Shown: positions 9,637 through 18,979 of the stretch, one piece after another
How the letters are laid out: each line of letters starts with the position of its first letter
How positions within the stretch are numbered: the stretch's first letter is position 1
Virus record (IMG/VR): IMGVR_UViG_3300048999_000021
Span: 1-52,393 of that record
DNA length: 52,393 bases
Direction: 5' to 3' (one strand)
From: a virus
Lineage: Duplodnaviria; Caudoviricetes
Notes under the pieces: model-generated
Seen by the model: the letters and a program-made list of their open reading frames with translations, nothing else
The model's database searches: none
Told to the model about the DNA's origin: nothing
Translations under genes and position numbers: made by a program

Positions 9637-10521
9637 CTACACGTTCGGTGACAGCGGGGTGCCGTCGTCGTAGGTGTTGCCGGTGAACACGTTGCCGTTG
9701 CCGACGAGGAACGCCGTGGTCGTGCCGAACACCCCCGTCGAGCCACCGGGGGAGCGGCGGGTGTGGACGTTGTTGGTGTAGGTGATGTTGGTCGGGTCGG
9801 ACCCGAAAGGCTTGTCGACGTTCAAACCGAGCGCCGCACCGAACCCGCCATCTCCGGCGACGATCTTGCAGTTGTTGACCGTGATGTTCGACAGGTGGTC
9901 GAAGTCGCCGAACAGCGCGACCGGCCCTGTGGGTCCGCCGCCGGATCCGTTGTCTGTGGTGTCGCAGGCGACCGTGCAATGCTCCACGTCGATCGGGGCT
10001 GCACCGGACGTGCCGTTCCCGGAGCACAGGACGCCGTTGTTGTGGGTGCCGGCAGTCGGCCCGAGGTATTGGGAGTGGAACCAGCAGTCCGTGGCATGGT
10101 TCGCCCTCGACATGTTGAACGACGTCCCGCCGCCCCGCACTTGGCAGCGGGTGAGGGTGACGTTCTGGTACCCGATCGCCGCGCCGGAGAACGTCCCCGC
10201 GTCGATGTCGCAGTCGATGAGCGTGATCGATCCACCGGACTGGTCCGCGTCGACGTGCCCGTTCACCTTGCAGCGTTGGAACGTCAGCTGCGCCGTGCTG
10301 CCCGTGTTCAGCACCAGGTCGGAGTTGATCAGCTCGTCGCTGAACGTCAGCGTCCCGACCGACCCGAACCCGCCGTGCGTGGTAGCGCTGAGGTTCGACG
10401 TCAGCCGCGCACCAGCTGGGCCATAGGTGAGGACACCACCCGACTCGCTCGGGGTATTCGAGGCGTCCGGAAACCCAGCAACCGGAGGCGAGCCGATGCG
10501 GACGGCAACGCTGCGTGCCAC
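9637..10521 (-). CDS. Parallel beta-helix (pectin-lyase-like) protein
   Basis: GGAGG RBS, GFPDASNT N-terminus, repeated I/V-x-N/D-C-x-I/V strands, VFTGNTYDDG end. Confidence 0.7.
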   Translation of the reverse strand: MARSVAVRIGSPPVAGFPDASNTPSESGGVLTYGPAGARLTSNLSATTHGGFGSVGTLTFSDELINSDLVLNTGSTAQLTFQRCKVNGHVDADQSGGSITLIDCDIDAGTFSGAAIGYQNVTLTRCQVRGGGTSFNMSRANHATDCWFHSQYLGPTAGTHNNGVLCSGNGTSGAAPIDVEHCTVACDTTDNGSGGGPTGPVALFGDFDHLSNITVNNCKIVAGDGGFGAALGLNVDKPFGSDPTNITYTNNVHTRRSPGGSTGVFGTTTAFLVGNGNVFTGNTYDDGTPLSPNV

Positions 10522-10558
10522 ATCAACCTCCGATCGCCGACGGAACCGCTCCCCGAGG

Positions 10559-11401
10559 TTACGTGCCCAGCACCTTGTAGTTCCAGGTGATCGCGAGGGT
10601 GTCTGTGGCGCCCTTGTTGACGGTCGGCGAGAGCAGCGCTCGGTGGACGGTGCCCTTGGTCGCGCCTGACGTGACGTTGGTGTCGGTGAACGGGTGCTCG
10701 GCGACGATCGCCACCTCAGCGAGCCCGCTCTGCGTGGCCTCCCCGGCTGCCCAGGTGGTCTTGTAGACCGTGTAGCAGCCCAGGTTGTTTCCGAGATTGG
10801 AGAACTGCGGGTAGGTTGCGTCGAACCCCTTGTTGGCGGTGATCCCGGTCACGTACGTGCCAATGTCCATGCCGGCCGGCGTCGCCTTGTTCGGGGTTGT
10901 GGTACCGGTGCCAACCTTCATGCCGTTCGCGGGCGGGTACGTCTGCGCGGCGGCTGTCGCGACGCCCGTCACAGTTCCGCCGGATGTGTACGCACCGGGA
11001 GCGGCCCCGACCGGGACGGTGAACGTCGTCGTCGAGCCAACAGCAGAGATCACCCAGGTGCCATTGACGCCGGTCGACCCGACCACGCCCGCGATCGTGA
11101 CCTTGTCACCGACGCCGAGCCCGTGCGCGGCCGACGTCGTGACTACGGCGCTCGCGGCGTTCGTGACACCCGTGATCGTGACCGTGAGCAGCGTCAAGAT
11201 CGGGAGGTTCCGCGCGGCGTAGTACTGGTCACCCCAGTTGGTGATGATGTTGTGGAACGGCACGAACTGCTTCAGGTCCCCGTTGTCGTCGAACAGTTCG
11301 GCCCAGCCGAACCCGGACACCCCCGCGTCATCCTCGTTGCCCCGCGCAGCCGAGAGGCTGGCGATGAACGAATCGATCTGCTCGGCTGAGTCGATAGTCA
11401 T
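10559..11401 (-). CDS. Putative virion structural protein with an inserted beta-domain
   Basis: HNIIT..G N-terminus and VNKGATDTLAITW C-terminus. The internal ITGVTNAASAVVTTSAAHGL.VGDKVTIAGV domain is E1-FCCH-like. Confidence 0.65.
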   Translation of the reverse strand: MTIDSAEQIDSFIASLSAARGNEDDAGVSGFGWAELFDDNGDLKQFVPFHNIITNWGDQYYAARNLPILTLLTVTITGVTNAASAVVTTSAAHGLGVGDKVTIAGVVGSTGVNGTWVISAVGSTTTFTVPVGAAPGAYTSGGTVTGVATAAAQTYPPANGMKVGTGTTTPNKATPAGMDIGTYVTGITANKGFDATYPQFSNLGNNLGCYTVYKTTWAAGEATQSGLAEVAIVAEHPFTDTNVTSGATKGTVHRALLSPTVNKGATDTLAITWNYKVLGT

Positions 11402-11402
11402 A

Positions 11403-12086
11403 CTATGCTCCTGTCTTGGCAACGCTGAGTCTCGTTGTGCGGGAGTCTACGGTGGCCCGTGTAGCGAACGGTGGGCCAGGAACGCAACGGCAGTGCGGAT
11501 GCACTGACCCTGGGTAGCCAATCGCCGGGCGCTGGCCAGCGCGGAAGTTCGCTCCGTGCGCCGCTTTGCATTCCGGGGACGTCTTCCCATCGTCGCGCGC
11601 GAACCACCCGAGCAGCGCCCCGTACTTGCCCGCTTCGACGTCGACAGCCTGCGCTGTGTCTTGCCGATTGCGGCGCGCGGTCTCATGCGCCCGGTACCAC
11701 GTCCGCTCCCGCCTCAGCGCCTCGCCGAGCGTCGCCCCGCCCTCCATCGCGCTAGCGATCCGCTCAGCCGCATTCGCGACATACCCGGCCCGGTAGCTCG
11801 CCTCGGCCAACTGTGTGGCCCGAGCCGCGTCGCCGCGCCCGCGCAGTCGAGGGGAGTGTCGGGTGGACCGCTTCGCCACGACGTCGTGGTCGGTGAGCTT
11901 GAGAGCTGCGGAGATTGACGCCCGGGTCGCCCGCGCGCCCAGTATGTGCAAGATCGCGTTTGCCGTCGCCCGTGACCCACCGTAGCCGGACGCGCCCTGC
12001 CGACGGGTGAGGATGTCGGTGATGGCCTGGATGGACGAGCTGCTAGCTAGCGGCGGCTGCAGGTGGTGGTGCGGCTGCGTTGCCAT
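11403..12086 (-). CDS. MuF/SPP1 gp7-like head morphogenesis protein
   Basis: GWFARDDGKTSPECKAAHG...YPGSVHPHCRC, immediately after the portal. Confidence 0.8.
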   Translation of the reverse strand: MATQPHHHLQPPLASSSSIQAITDILTRRQGASGYGGSRATANAILHILGARATRASISAALKLTDHDVVAKRSTRHSPRLRGRGDAARATQLAEASYRAGYVANAAERIASAMEGGATLGEALRRERTWYRAHETARRNRQDTAQAVDVEAGKYGALLGWFARDDGKTSPECKAAHGANFRAGQRPAIGYPGSVHPHCRCVPGPPFATRATVDSRTTRLSVAKTGA

Positions 12087-13521
12087 CAGCGCCTCCCTGC
12101 CCCTGCACTAGCTGCATCGCGCGGTTTACCGTGCTACCGAGGCCAGCGGCCTGCTGCTCGGCTGGCGTAGCCCCAGCGGCCCGAGCGGCCGCCTGCGCGA
12201 TCTGGGCAGCGGACCGGAGATCCTCGCGGATCTTGTCGATGTCGAGCCCGAGGTAGCGCGACACGTTGAGTATCAACTCCTCGTTGAAGGACTGCGGGAA
12301 GATCGCCACACCGGCCCGGCTCGCCATCGAGTTGAGCAGGTCCATCGAGATCTGCAGGTCAGCCTCAACCATCGGCGCGAACTTGAGCTTTGGCACGCTC
12401 ACGTCTGGCCCGAAGTTCCATCGGATCAGGTCAGCCAGCATCCAGTTCCGCAGCGCAAACTCCATCTCGCGGACCTTCTTCTGCCGCGACTTGAGGAAGA
12501 AGTTGCTCATAGTGTCGGCGAGCGAGTTGGAGCCCCGCCCGTTCGCCGCAGCGGACGCGAGCCCGGTGAACCCAGCCAGTACGCTGTCCAGCGCGGTCTG
12601 CTCCAGCCAGGCTATTGCGTTCATGAACTCGGCTGACCCCCGGCCCGAGCTGTCGATCGTGTAGATCATCTGCCCTTTGGCCTGGGCTCCGCCGTTGTTT
12701 GCCACCGGGATAACAGAGCTGTTCTTGCTCGCGGCTACCTTCCTCGCGATCCCGGTGGCCGTGCCGATCTCGTTGGCCTCGACCACGGTACGGGGTAGCG
12801 CCTGGCCCTCCAGGAACGTCAGCAGCAAGAATAGCATCTTCTGCTTCTGCTTATAGCACCAGAACGGGATCCGGAGCGAGGACGTCCCTTTGATCGGGTC
12901 GCGATCAAGCCCGTTGATGTGGACGAAGGAGTACTTGGGCTCGAACAGGATCGGCTGCAGCCCTGACTCGGTCTGCTGGGCGACGGTGACTGGGTTCTGC
13001 TGAAAGCCTTGGAACGTTCCGGTCTTGGGATCCCGGATCACGTTGCAGGTCTGCGCCGGTCGGAACGCGACCTTGTCATAGACCTGGTGCCCGTCGCCAT
13101 CAACCGTCCAGACCTTCTCAAAGTACGCCTTGGAGTACGTCTCCGCTGAGGTCATCTGCGAGATGATCAGGTCCATCGGAGTCGTCATACCGCCCTGGTT
13201 GGCGGCTGTACCGAGGAAGTCAGCGAGCCACTTAGTCTGGCCCCGGTCGTCGGGTGGCGCCTTCAGCTCCCAGTCGAGCCCGCTCAGCGGCAGCGTCAGG
13301 ACCGCCTCGATCTGGGACGCCTTCCCGTCGTTGTCGAGCATCTCAGCCATGTCTTTGGCTTGTGCCTCATCGAGGGTGAACAGCCCGCCGGTCGTGAAGT
13401 TGAAGAACAGCACGTCAGCCGGCGTGAAGGTGGTGCCGCGCTCGACGTCGTTCTCAGGCGGTTCGTCAGCTGTCGCGCCTACGCCGCGTACGAACTTCTC
13501 AAGGTCTACTGGCGTTGTCAC
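12043..13521 (-). CDS. Portal protein (DUF935/Mu gp29-like)
   Basis: 492 aa, coupled to terL; FEKVW, GTSSLR, SVLAGF and LIRWNFG...PKLKF motifs. Confidence 0.85.
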   Translation of the reverse strand: MTTPVDLEKFVRGVGATADEPPENDVERGTTFTPADVLFFNFTTGGLFTLDEAQAKDMAEMLDNDGKASQIEAVLTLPLSGLDWELKAPPDDRGQTKWLADFLGTAANQGGMTTPMDLIISQMTSAETYSKAYFEKVWTVDGDGHQVYDKVAFRPAQTCNVIRDPKTGTFQGFQQNPVTVAQQTESGLQPILFEPKYSFVHINGLDRDPIKGTSSLRIPFWCYKQKQKMLFLLLTFLEGQALPRTVVEANEIGTATGIARKVAASKNSSVIPVANNGGAQAKGQMIYTIDSSGRGSAEFMNAIAWLEQTALDSVLAGFTGLASAAANGRGSNSLADTMSNFFLKSRQKKVREMEFALRNWMLADLIRWNFGPDVSVPKLKFAPMVEADLQISMDLLNSMASRAGVAIFPQSFNEELILNVSRYLGLDIDKIREDLRSAAQIAQAAARAAGATPAEQQAAGLGSTVNRAMQLVQGQGGADGNAAAPPPAAAAS

Positions 13522-15233
13522 CAGTCATCATCCTCCTCATTGCCGATCGGCTGATACCCGGTGTAGCGGATCACGCCCTCAGCGGTCTTATCGCTCCATC
13601 GGATCGGGTTGCCCATCACTTCCGACTCGTACCCGGCGTCCATGTGTCCCGCGTCGAGCCCATCAACCCAGAACGCCTGGATGACGGCGTCAGCGGAGTC
13701 CGTCGAGCGTCCGATCCTATCCTTCACGTCGGCCTTGCTCTCAACCACAATCACGCCTCCTGTGCGTAGCTCCCACTGCGGCGCTGTAAGCTCCTCTGTC
13801 AGCTCATCATCCCGAGGTAGCGCGACCGTCGAGCCTCGCGACGGATCCAGTAGCTCTCGCATCCTCCACCACGCCGCTGACCGGTCGTTGAGGAACTTGA
13901 ACTCCCGCAGCGCGTCAGTCCGCCCAGAGTTAGCAGACGCGTTAAAGCCGATCGCCTCGCCACCGATCTCGCCGGTCCGTTGCATCTCGCGCAGGCGATC
14001 GAGGACGCCAGCCCCGATCCCGATCACGTCAACTACCGCCAGCGACCTCGGCCAGTTCACGAGGCTCGCCGCGTAGTTCGCTGTCTGCATAGTGTCAGGC
14101 TGGTTAGACTTGTCAAGCTTCTCGACTACCATACCTTGCCGTACGGCTAGCACGGTCTGGTCTGACCCGGTCCGGGCGACGTCAACCCCGACGATCCGCC
14201 GGCCGACCTGGCCGACCTGTCCCGCCTCCTCCCAGTCGTCCCATCGGTTGTGTGCCAGTTCGACCCATCCGAGCGGGATCACGTTCGTCCCGCCACCGAT
14301 CGGCGGGAACACCCCGCGTACCTTCGCCGTGAACAGCTGGGACGCGCCGGTCTTCTCCAGCAGCACCTTGCGCAGCTTCACGAGCGGTAGCTTGGCCTGG
14401 TCCTTTGTCACGCCAGCCCACCGCTTGATACGCTCCTCGATCCAGTCGGGCGACAGCAGCACATCCCGGACCATCGACGGCACAGGCTCGGTTGCGTACG
14501 GGATCTTCTCTGCCTCCATCAGCGCAGCGAGCAGCGGGAACGTCGGGCGCGAGGCGTCCGCCCCGATAACCAACTCCCGGGTCATGTTCGGCGTGCGCAG
14601 GCCGTCGATGTGGATGACGTTCCAGTCGCTGTTCGGCTCGCATACCTTCGCGAAGTACGACGTCGGATCGTCTGGGTTGCCGATCGCGAGCACTCGCGCG
14701 TTCCGGTTCGTGGCGAAGGTGTCTACGGCATCGAAGATCGCCCGGCTCACGCCTCCCGCCTCGTCGATAATCACAAGGGGGTAGAGCGCGTGGATCCCGG
14801 AGAACGCGGCTACGTTGTAGTCAGCCGGCTTACGGCCTAGACCGACCTGCGTTGACCCGATGAACCACTCGGGCGCCGAGCCCCGGTTGATCCGGCCGGC
14901 GAGCTCGGCGCGCTCGTGGATCTTGGTGATCTCCTGCCACAGGACAGTCTTGACCTGGGCTGCGGTCGGCGCGGTCGTGACGACGAAGGCGGTGCCTACT
15001 GGGTGCGAGTCGATCCACCAAGCCGCGATATCAGCAGCCGAGAAGCTCTTGCCCGAGTCGTGGCAGCTCTTGCACGCGGTGTAGCGGTTCTCGAACACGC
15101 TCATCTTGATCTCGCGCTGCTTCGCCCACAGCCGACTGCCCGCCTTCTCCCGGCTCCACTCCAGCGGCCGGTTTGCCCAGCCCTTCTCGTCGTCAAAGCT
15201 GTCTATCAGCCCTCCCCACACCGACGTCGTCAT
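13518..15233 (-). CDS. terL: Terminase large subunit
   Basis: LWAKQ, SCHDSGKS (Walker A), TAPT, IIDEA (Walker B), IGNP, VGVDVARTGSD nuclease and STDSADA. Start placed at ATG 15233; GTG 15260 is an alternative. Confidence 0.95.
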   Translation of the reverse strand: MTTSVWGGLIDSFDDEKGWANRPLEWSREKAGSRLWAKQREIKMSVFENRYTACKSCHDSGKSFSAADIAAWWIDSHPVGTAFVVTTAPTAAQVKTVLWQEITKIHERAELAGRINRGSAPEWFIGSTQVGLGRKPADYNVAAFSGIHALYPLVIIDEAGGVSRAIFDAVDTFATNRNARVLAIGNPDDPTSYFAKVCEPNSDWNVIHIDGLRTPNMTRELVIGADASRPTFPLLAALMEAEKIPYATEPVPSMVRDVLLSPDWIEERIKRWAGVTKDQAKLPLVKLRKVLLEKTGASQLFTAKVRGVFPPIGGGTNVIPLGWVELAHNRWDDWEEAGQVGQVGRRIVGVDVARTGSDQTVLAVRQGMVVEKLDKSNQPDTMQTANYAASLVNWPRSLAVVDVIGIGAGVLDRLREMQRTGEIGGEAIGFNASANSGRTDALREFKFLNDRSAAWWRMRELLDPSRGSTVALPRDDELTEELTAPQWELRTGGVIVVESKADVKDRIGRSTDSADAVIQAFWVDGLDAGHMDAGYESEVMGNPIRWSDKTAEGVIRYTGYQPIGNEEDDDW

Positions 15234-15268
15234 GGCCAGGAGTCTACGGGCGTAACTCACGACGCAAA

Positions 15269-15303
15269 GGAGCCCTGCCGCGACGACTAGACGGCAGGGC
15301 TCC
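15269..15303 (-). terminator. Intrinsic terminator-like hairpin upstream of terL
   Basis: GGAGCCCTGCCG / CGGCAGGGCTCC perfect 12-bp stem followed by TTTG on the minus strand. Confidence 0.7.
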
Positions 15304-15316
15304 GCGACGTTTGACG

Positions 15317-15478
15317 CTACTCGTCGTCCCCAGCGGCGATCTTGATCTGCTCCGCGATCACGATCATCTCCGCCCGGAGCGCGATCAGATCCGAGTCGAG
15401 CTTGTCGATCTGGTGGTCGATGGCGCTCCGTAGCGCGTCCACCAGCTCGTCGTCACTCATGTCACGAGGCCTCTTCAC
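15317..15478 (-). CDS. Small coiled-coil hypothetical protein
   Basis: GGAAGG RBS then GTG 15478; 53 aa, MKRPRDMSDDELVDALR. Confidence 0.55.
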   Translation of the reverse strand: MKRPRDMSDDELVDALRSAIDHQIDKLDSDLIALRAEMIVIAEQIKIAAGDDE

Positions 15479-16377
15479 TATCGCGCCTTCCTTGCGCCGA
15501 CCGTTGAGGTGAAGTGGATATCGAAGCGGGGCGTGATGCCGCGCTTGATCGCGACGTCGGACTTGAAATCGCGGTCGGTCGCTCCGCAGTACAGGTGGCA
15601 GGTCAGCTGTAGGCTGTAGTGCTGAGCCACCGAGCCACACTGCCCCGCCACCAGGTAGTCCATCCGATAGTAGGTCCGGTCCGGTCCGCTAGCGGTCGTG
15701 AGCTGGTCAGCGGCAGCCGAGAACCCCCGGATGCCACAGGCTGCCCCGTCGCCCGGGAAGGCCCGGACCCGGGTGATCGCCGACGCCGGTACGTAGGCGC
15801 CGTTGTAGGTGATGTAGCCCTGTAGCCCTCCGGTGTTGCCGCCGCCGTCCTGGTACACGACCGGTACGCGCAGCGCCAGGTTGGTTGAGGTGCCCGGAGT
15901 GACCGCGCCCCGGTAGTAGGCGACCGACGCGTACCGGGACTTGTCGGTGACCTGCGGGACGGTCGGGTCCGGGTCTTGTGGCGCCTTCGGGTACACCTCG
16001 ACGTCGAAGCGGGTAACCGCCGAACTGACGCATGCTCCCCACACGTTCGTCGCGGCCGGGTCGGTCGTACCGCCAGCGGCGACGGTCGGGTTGAGCTTGT
16101 CGATCCAGGAGTAACCGGCGTCTGGCCCGGTGGGCGTCCCGTCGGGGTACAGCGTCGCGACGTAGGCGCCGGTCGCGTCACTCGACCCGACCCAGACCCC
16201 TAAGTGCACGTCCAACGCGCGCCCGTCGGTGTAGCCGTTGATGGTGCCGCCGACGTAGGTGGGCTGGGCCATGGTGCAGCCCGGAGCGATCGTGCGCCGA
16301 GCTTGGGCGTCGGCGCTACCTCCTCCGGTTAACAGGCCCGCGACTAGCGCGAGCAGCAAAGCTACGATCTTGAACAT
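15478..16377 (-). CDS. Secreted protein with signal peptide
   Basis: MFKIVALLLALVAGLLTGGGSADA signal peptide (AxA site); beta-rich mature part with six Cys. Confidence 0.75.
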   Translation of the reverse strand: MFKIVALLLALVAGLLTGGGSADAQARRTIAPGCTMAQPTYVGGTINGYTDGRALDVHLGVWVGSSDATGAYVATLYPDGTPTGPDAGYSWIDKLNPTVAAGGTTDPAATNVWGACVSSAVTRFDVEVYPKAPQDPDPTVPQVTDKSRYASVAYYRGAVTPGTSTNLALRVPVVYQDGGGNTGGLQGYITYNGAYVPASAITRVRAFPGDGAACGIRGFSAAADQLTTASGPDRTYYRMDYLVAGQCGSVAQHYSLQLTCHLYCGATDRDFKSDVAIKRGITPRFDIHFTSTVGARKAR

Positions 16378-16401
16378 TCCCGACTCTCCCTCTGTTGGTT
16401 G

Positions 16402-16689
16402 CTACTTGGACTTGCGCTTCCGCCGAGCGGCCTTCCGCTCAGCGCGAACGAGCTTCCGTCTAGCTCGCTCGGCCTTCCGGTTGGCCTTCGCGCGCGCCTC
16501 GTAGGCCACGCTCTCGGGTGTGGGATCTGGCCCCCAGATCCTGGCCATGTTCCTCCTCTGGTTTGGCCGGCTCGGCGATTCGCCGAGCGCGGCGACGTTC
16601 CCTCGCGACGGATCCACCAGTCGTCCATGCTCCCTCCTCTCGTCCCTTGCATCGCGCTCGATCGCCGAGAGGAACTCAGCGAAGATCAT
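16402..16689 (-). CDS. Basic hypothetical protein
   Basis: ATGA coupling to the upstream ORF; Arg/Lys-rich tail. Confidence 0.55.
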   Translation of the reverse strand: MIFAEFLSAIERDARDERREHGRLVDPSRGNVAALGESPSRPNQRRNMARIWGPDPTPESVAYEARAKANRKAERARRKLVRAERKAARRKRKSK

Positions 16690-16934
16690 CCCGGCTGCGG
16701 TTGGCCTCGCCTTGGGCATAGCGCCTCCCAGTCCGTCCACTCGACATCAGCCTCAGTGGCACTGTCAGCTGTCGGCGCAAGCGTAGCTAGCTCGGGCGCC
16801 AGTCGCGGGTGCTCAGCCTCGACAGACACGATCGCCCACGCGCAGCACATCTGGAAGCCACACAGGAAGACCCAGCCCCAGCAGATCGCTCCGGCCTTCT
16901 CGCCGATGACCGCGTACCAGTCGAACGCGATCAC
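16686..16934 (-). CDS. Hypothetical protein
   Basis: GGAGG RBS, with GTGA and ATGA overlaps at both ends. Confidence 0.45.
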   Translation of the reverse strand: MIAFDWYAVIGEKAGAICWGWVFLCGFQMCCAWAIVSVEAEHPRLAPELATLAPTADSATEADVEWTDWEALCPRRGQPQPG

Positions 16935-17146
16935 AGTGAGCCCTCCTCCAGCGCGGCGTTGACGGCCTTCCACTCCAGCCCGAGGATCAGCGAGATCGCC
17001 TTGGCGCCCTCGATCTGCTTGCCGATCTTGACTAGGTCGATCACGCTCCCGCGCTCCGCCTCGATCTTGTGCCAGCGGCGAGCCAGCTCCTCGACCACGT
17101 CGAGGCAGCGCTGGGTCGCGTCGCTGACAGGCAGCCCTGTGGTCAT
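16931..17146 (-). CDS. Hypothetical protein
   Basis: GAGGAG RBS; 71 aa; coupled overlaps. Confidence 0.6.
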   Translation of the reverse strand: MTTGLPVSDATQRCLDVVEELARRWHKIEAERGSVIDLVKIGKQIEGAKAISLILGLEWKAVNAALEEGSL

Positions 17147-17310
17147 CGCTCCTCAACGCCCCAGCCGGCTTCCAGCGCCTGGATGATGTTCTCGCCGGCC
17201 TCGTCCATGATGATGGAAATAGCCAGAGCCAACCCGAAACGAATCTGGGGATGGGTTTCGGCATGGTAGCGCCGTACGAGCTCGTTTACCGTTGCAGCTT
17301 CGTCCGTCAC
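17143..17310 (-). CDS. Small hypothetical protein (55 aa, below the ORF-track cutoff)
   Basis: Read by hand: GTG ACG GAC GAA...GAG CGA TGA. It follows a leader motif and ends in an ATGA overlap. Confidence 0.6.
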   Translation of the reverse strand: MTDEAATVNELVRRYHAETHPQIRFGLALAISIIMDEAGENIIQALEAGWGVEER

Positions 17311-17326
17311 AGCCCGACTCCGATCT

Positions 17327-17344
17327 GGCGGACCCTCATCCGCC
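17327..17344 (-). promoter_or_regulatory. Leader hairpin with UGAGGG loop (copy 5)
   Basis: GGCGGA-TGAGGG-TCCGCC, then GAGTCGGG at 17313-17320. Confidence 0.8.
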
Positions 17345-17353
17345 GATATACAT

Positions 17354-17382
17354 ACTGTACGCCACTATGCAACGTACGTCTA
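17354..17382 (-). promoter_or_regulatory. Sigma70/SigA-like promoter
   Basis: TAGACG-N17-TACAGT. Confidence 0.7.
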
Positions 17383-17583
17383 CCCCGAGTTGCACAAAGC
17401 CCCGACCGGGACTATGAGTTCTAGGCCGCCGCGACCTCGTGGCCGGGTGACGGCCTTATCGCACAGGTCCGTGACGCTTCGCTTGAAGATGGCACCGATG
17501 TGTTCGAGCAGCCACCCCACATCAGCCGAGCTAGGCGTGTTACGCGGATAGATCCTCAGTTTGCCGGTCGGCCTACTCGGCAT
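17380..17583 (-). CDS. Hypothetical protein
   Basis: GGAGGTACCG-ATG; 67 aa. Confidence 0.5.
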   Translation of the reverse strand: MPSRPTGKLRIYPRNTPSSADVGWLLEHIGAIFKRSVTDLCDKAVTRPRGRGGLELIVPVGALCNSG

Positions 17584-17866
17584 CGGTACCTCCACGGGCC
17601 TCGCTTTGGGCGTGCTTGAAGCCGCGATGGTAGGCGTCACTGAGTAGGTGAGCCAGCTCCGATGAGTCCCATATGAACCGTGCCAAGCACACCGTGGTCT
17701 GGCAGTTGTGATCGAAGAACTGGTGCCGAGTGACGAGGTTCAAGATCTGCTGAAAGTCGTCGTACTCGCAAGCCGCGAGCGGCGTGCTGTCCTCAAGTTC
17801 GTACCTCGTCGCGGCGATGTCCTGCGCTGCTGCGGTTTCTAGGAACGGCCGCATATCAAACATCAT
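17573..17866 (-). CDS. Hypothetical protein
   Basis: GGAGGTACCGA-ATG; 97 aa. Confidence 0.55.
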   Translation of the reverse strand: MMFDMRPFLETAAAQDIAATRYELEDSTPLAACEYDDFQQILNLVTRHQFFDHNCQTTVCLARFIWDSSELAHLLSDAYHRGFKHAQSEARGGTDAE

Positions 17867-18179
17867 TCGGTACCTCCACGAACCACCCGATCGGCGGCGT
17901 GCTCCAGGACACCGTTCCAGCCGATGGCGTGGTCGGTGCGCGGCGAGGGCATGCGCCAGCCACGGACCTCGTCGGCGATGTCGTGAGGGCGGTGAGGTCT
18001 GCCATGATCTTGTCTGCCTTTCCATGTAGGGACCATACGAGGTTGCGCAGCGTTGGTTGACGCCGGCGCAGGTATCGCTTCACAGCCGCGAGCTTAGACC
18101 CCGTTTCAGCCCGTCTAGCTGAGCCGCTAGGTGGCATTCTAAGCGATGGGGCTAGCCCTATCCGACGACCGTACGAAAC

Positions 18180-18977
18180 CTACGGCTCCATCGAACTAGC
18201 GGCATCCTCAGGCCGCTCTAGGGCTATGAGCTCATCCCGGATCATGCGCCGAACTTCCGGGGAGTTGGGATCAGCCCCGAGGTTCGCTGCAATGTTGGCG
18301 ATCGCGCCGTTGAGCTGGAGCACCAGCGTCTCTTGCAACCGGATACGGCGCTCTTCCAGGCCGGCCGAGATCCCGATCTTGAGCAATGATGCATAGTGAG
18401 TGCGCTCCTTGAGGTAGATCCCGGCCCAGTTGTGGACCCTGGCCTCCTCAACCTCCATCACATATGAGGCATCCTGTGGCTGCCCGCCATCACCATAGCT
18501 AACAGCGGCGTCCTTGACCTCGCGCTTGGTACGGCCCCAGATGACCTCGCTCGGGTCAAGGTCGGCCAGGTACTCCTCGCAGGTGATGATGTTGCCAGCC
18601 GTGCGCCGCAGCTCCCACAGGTAGCCCGTCACAGGGTTCGCGCCGACGTGGTTCTCGTCGGCAAGGTTGTTGCCATAGCCTCGCTTGGCCAGCGCTATGG
18701 TCGCCTTGGCCAGCCTCGACTTGGCTACCACAGAGGGGAACCGGCCGCCGTGAGTGGGCATCTTGCAGGTATGTGTGCCAACCAGAGCCCGATTCTTGCA
18801 GCGCTCACCATTGCGCTTGATGAAGGTGCAGCGCTTGCCGTCATCCAGCGGCGCATCAAAGCCGTTGCTCCTGACACCCCGTGGCCTTTTCACGACCTCG
18901 CTGACCGGCACAGCCTTCACCGGTGGCTTACGACCTCCAGGTGCAACCTTAGCCATTGACTCCTCCAAGCTCTCCAA
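18180..18977 (-). CDS. Terminase small subunit
   Basis: RCTFIKRNGERCKNRA...CKMPTHGG Cys/HGG motif and ER..Y..L.K..I.AGLEERRIRL C-terminus, typical of actinophage TerS. Exact start uncertain. Confidence 0.75.
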   Translation of the reverse strand: MESLEESMAKVAPGGRKPPVKAVPVSEVVKRPRGVRSNGFDAPLDDGKRCTFIKRNGERCKNRALVGTHTCKMPTHGGRFPSVVAKSRLAKATIALAKRGYGNNLADENHVGANPVTGYLWELRRTAGNIITCEEYLADLDPSEVIWGRTKREVKDAAVSYGDGGQPQDASYVMEVEEARVHNWAGIYLKERTHYASLLKIGISAGLEERRIRLQETLVLQLNGAIANIAANLGADPNSPEVRRMIRDELIALERPEDAASSMEP

Positions 18978-18979
18978 GA

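Noticed and set aside
9629-10027. N-terminal 133 aa of the 1052-aa ORF
   Set aside because: This is an Arg-rich off-frame read of the beta-helix gene; a better start with an RBS exists at 9628.
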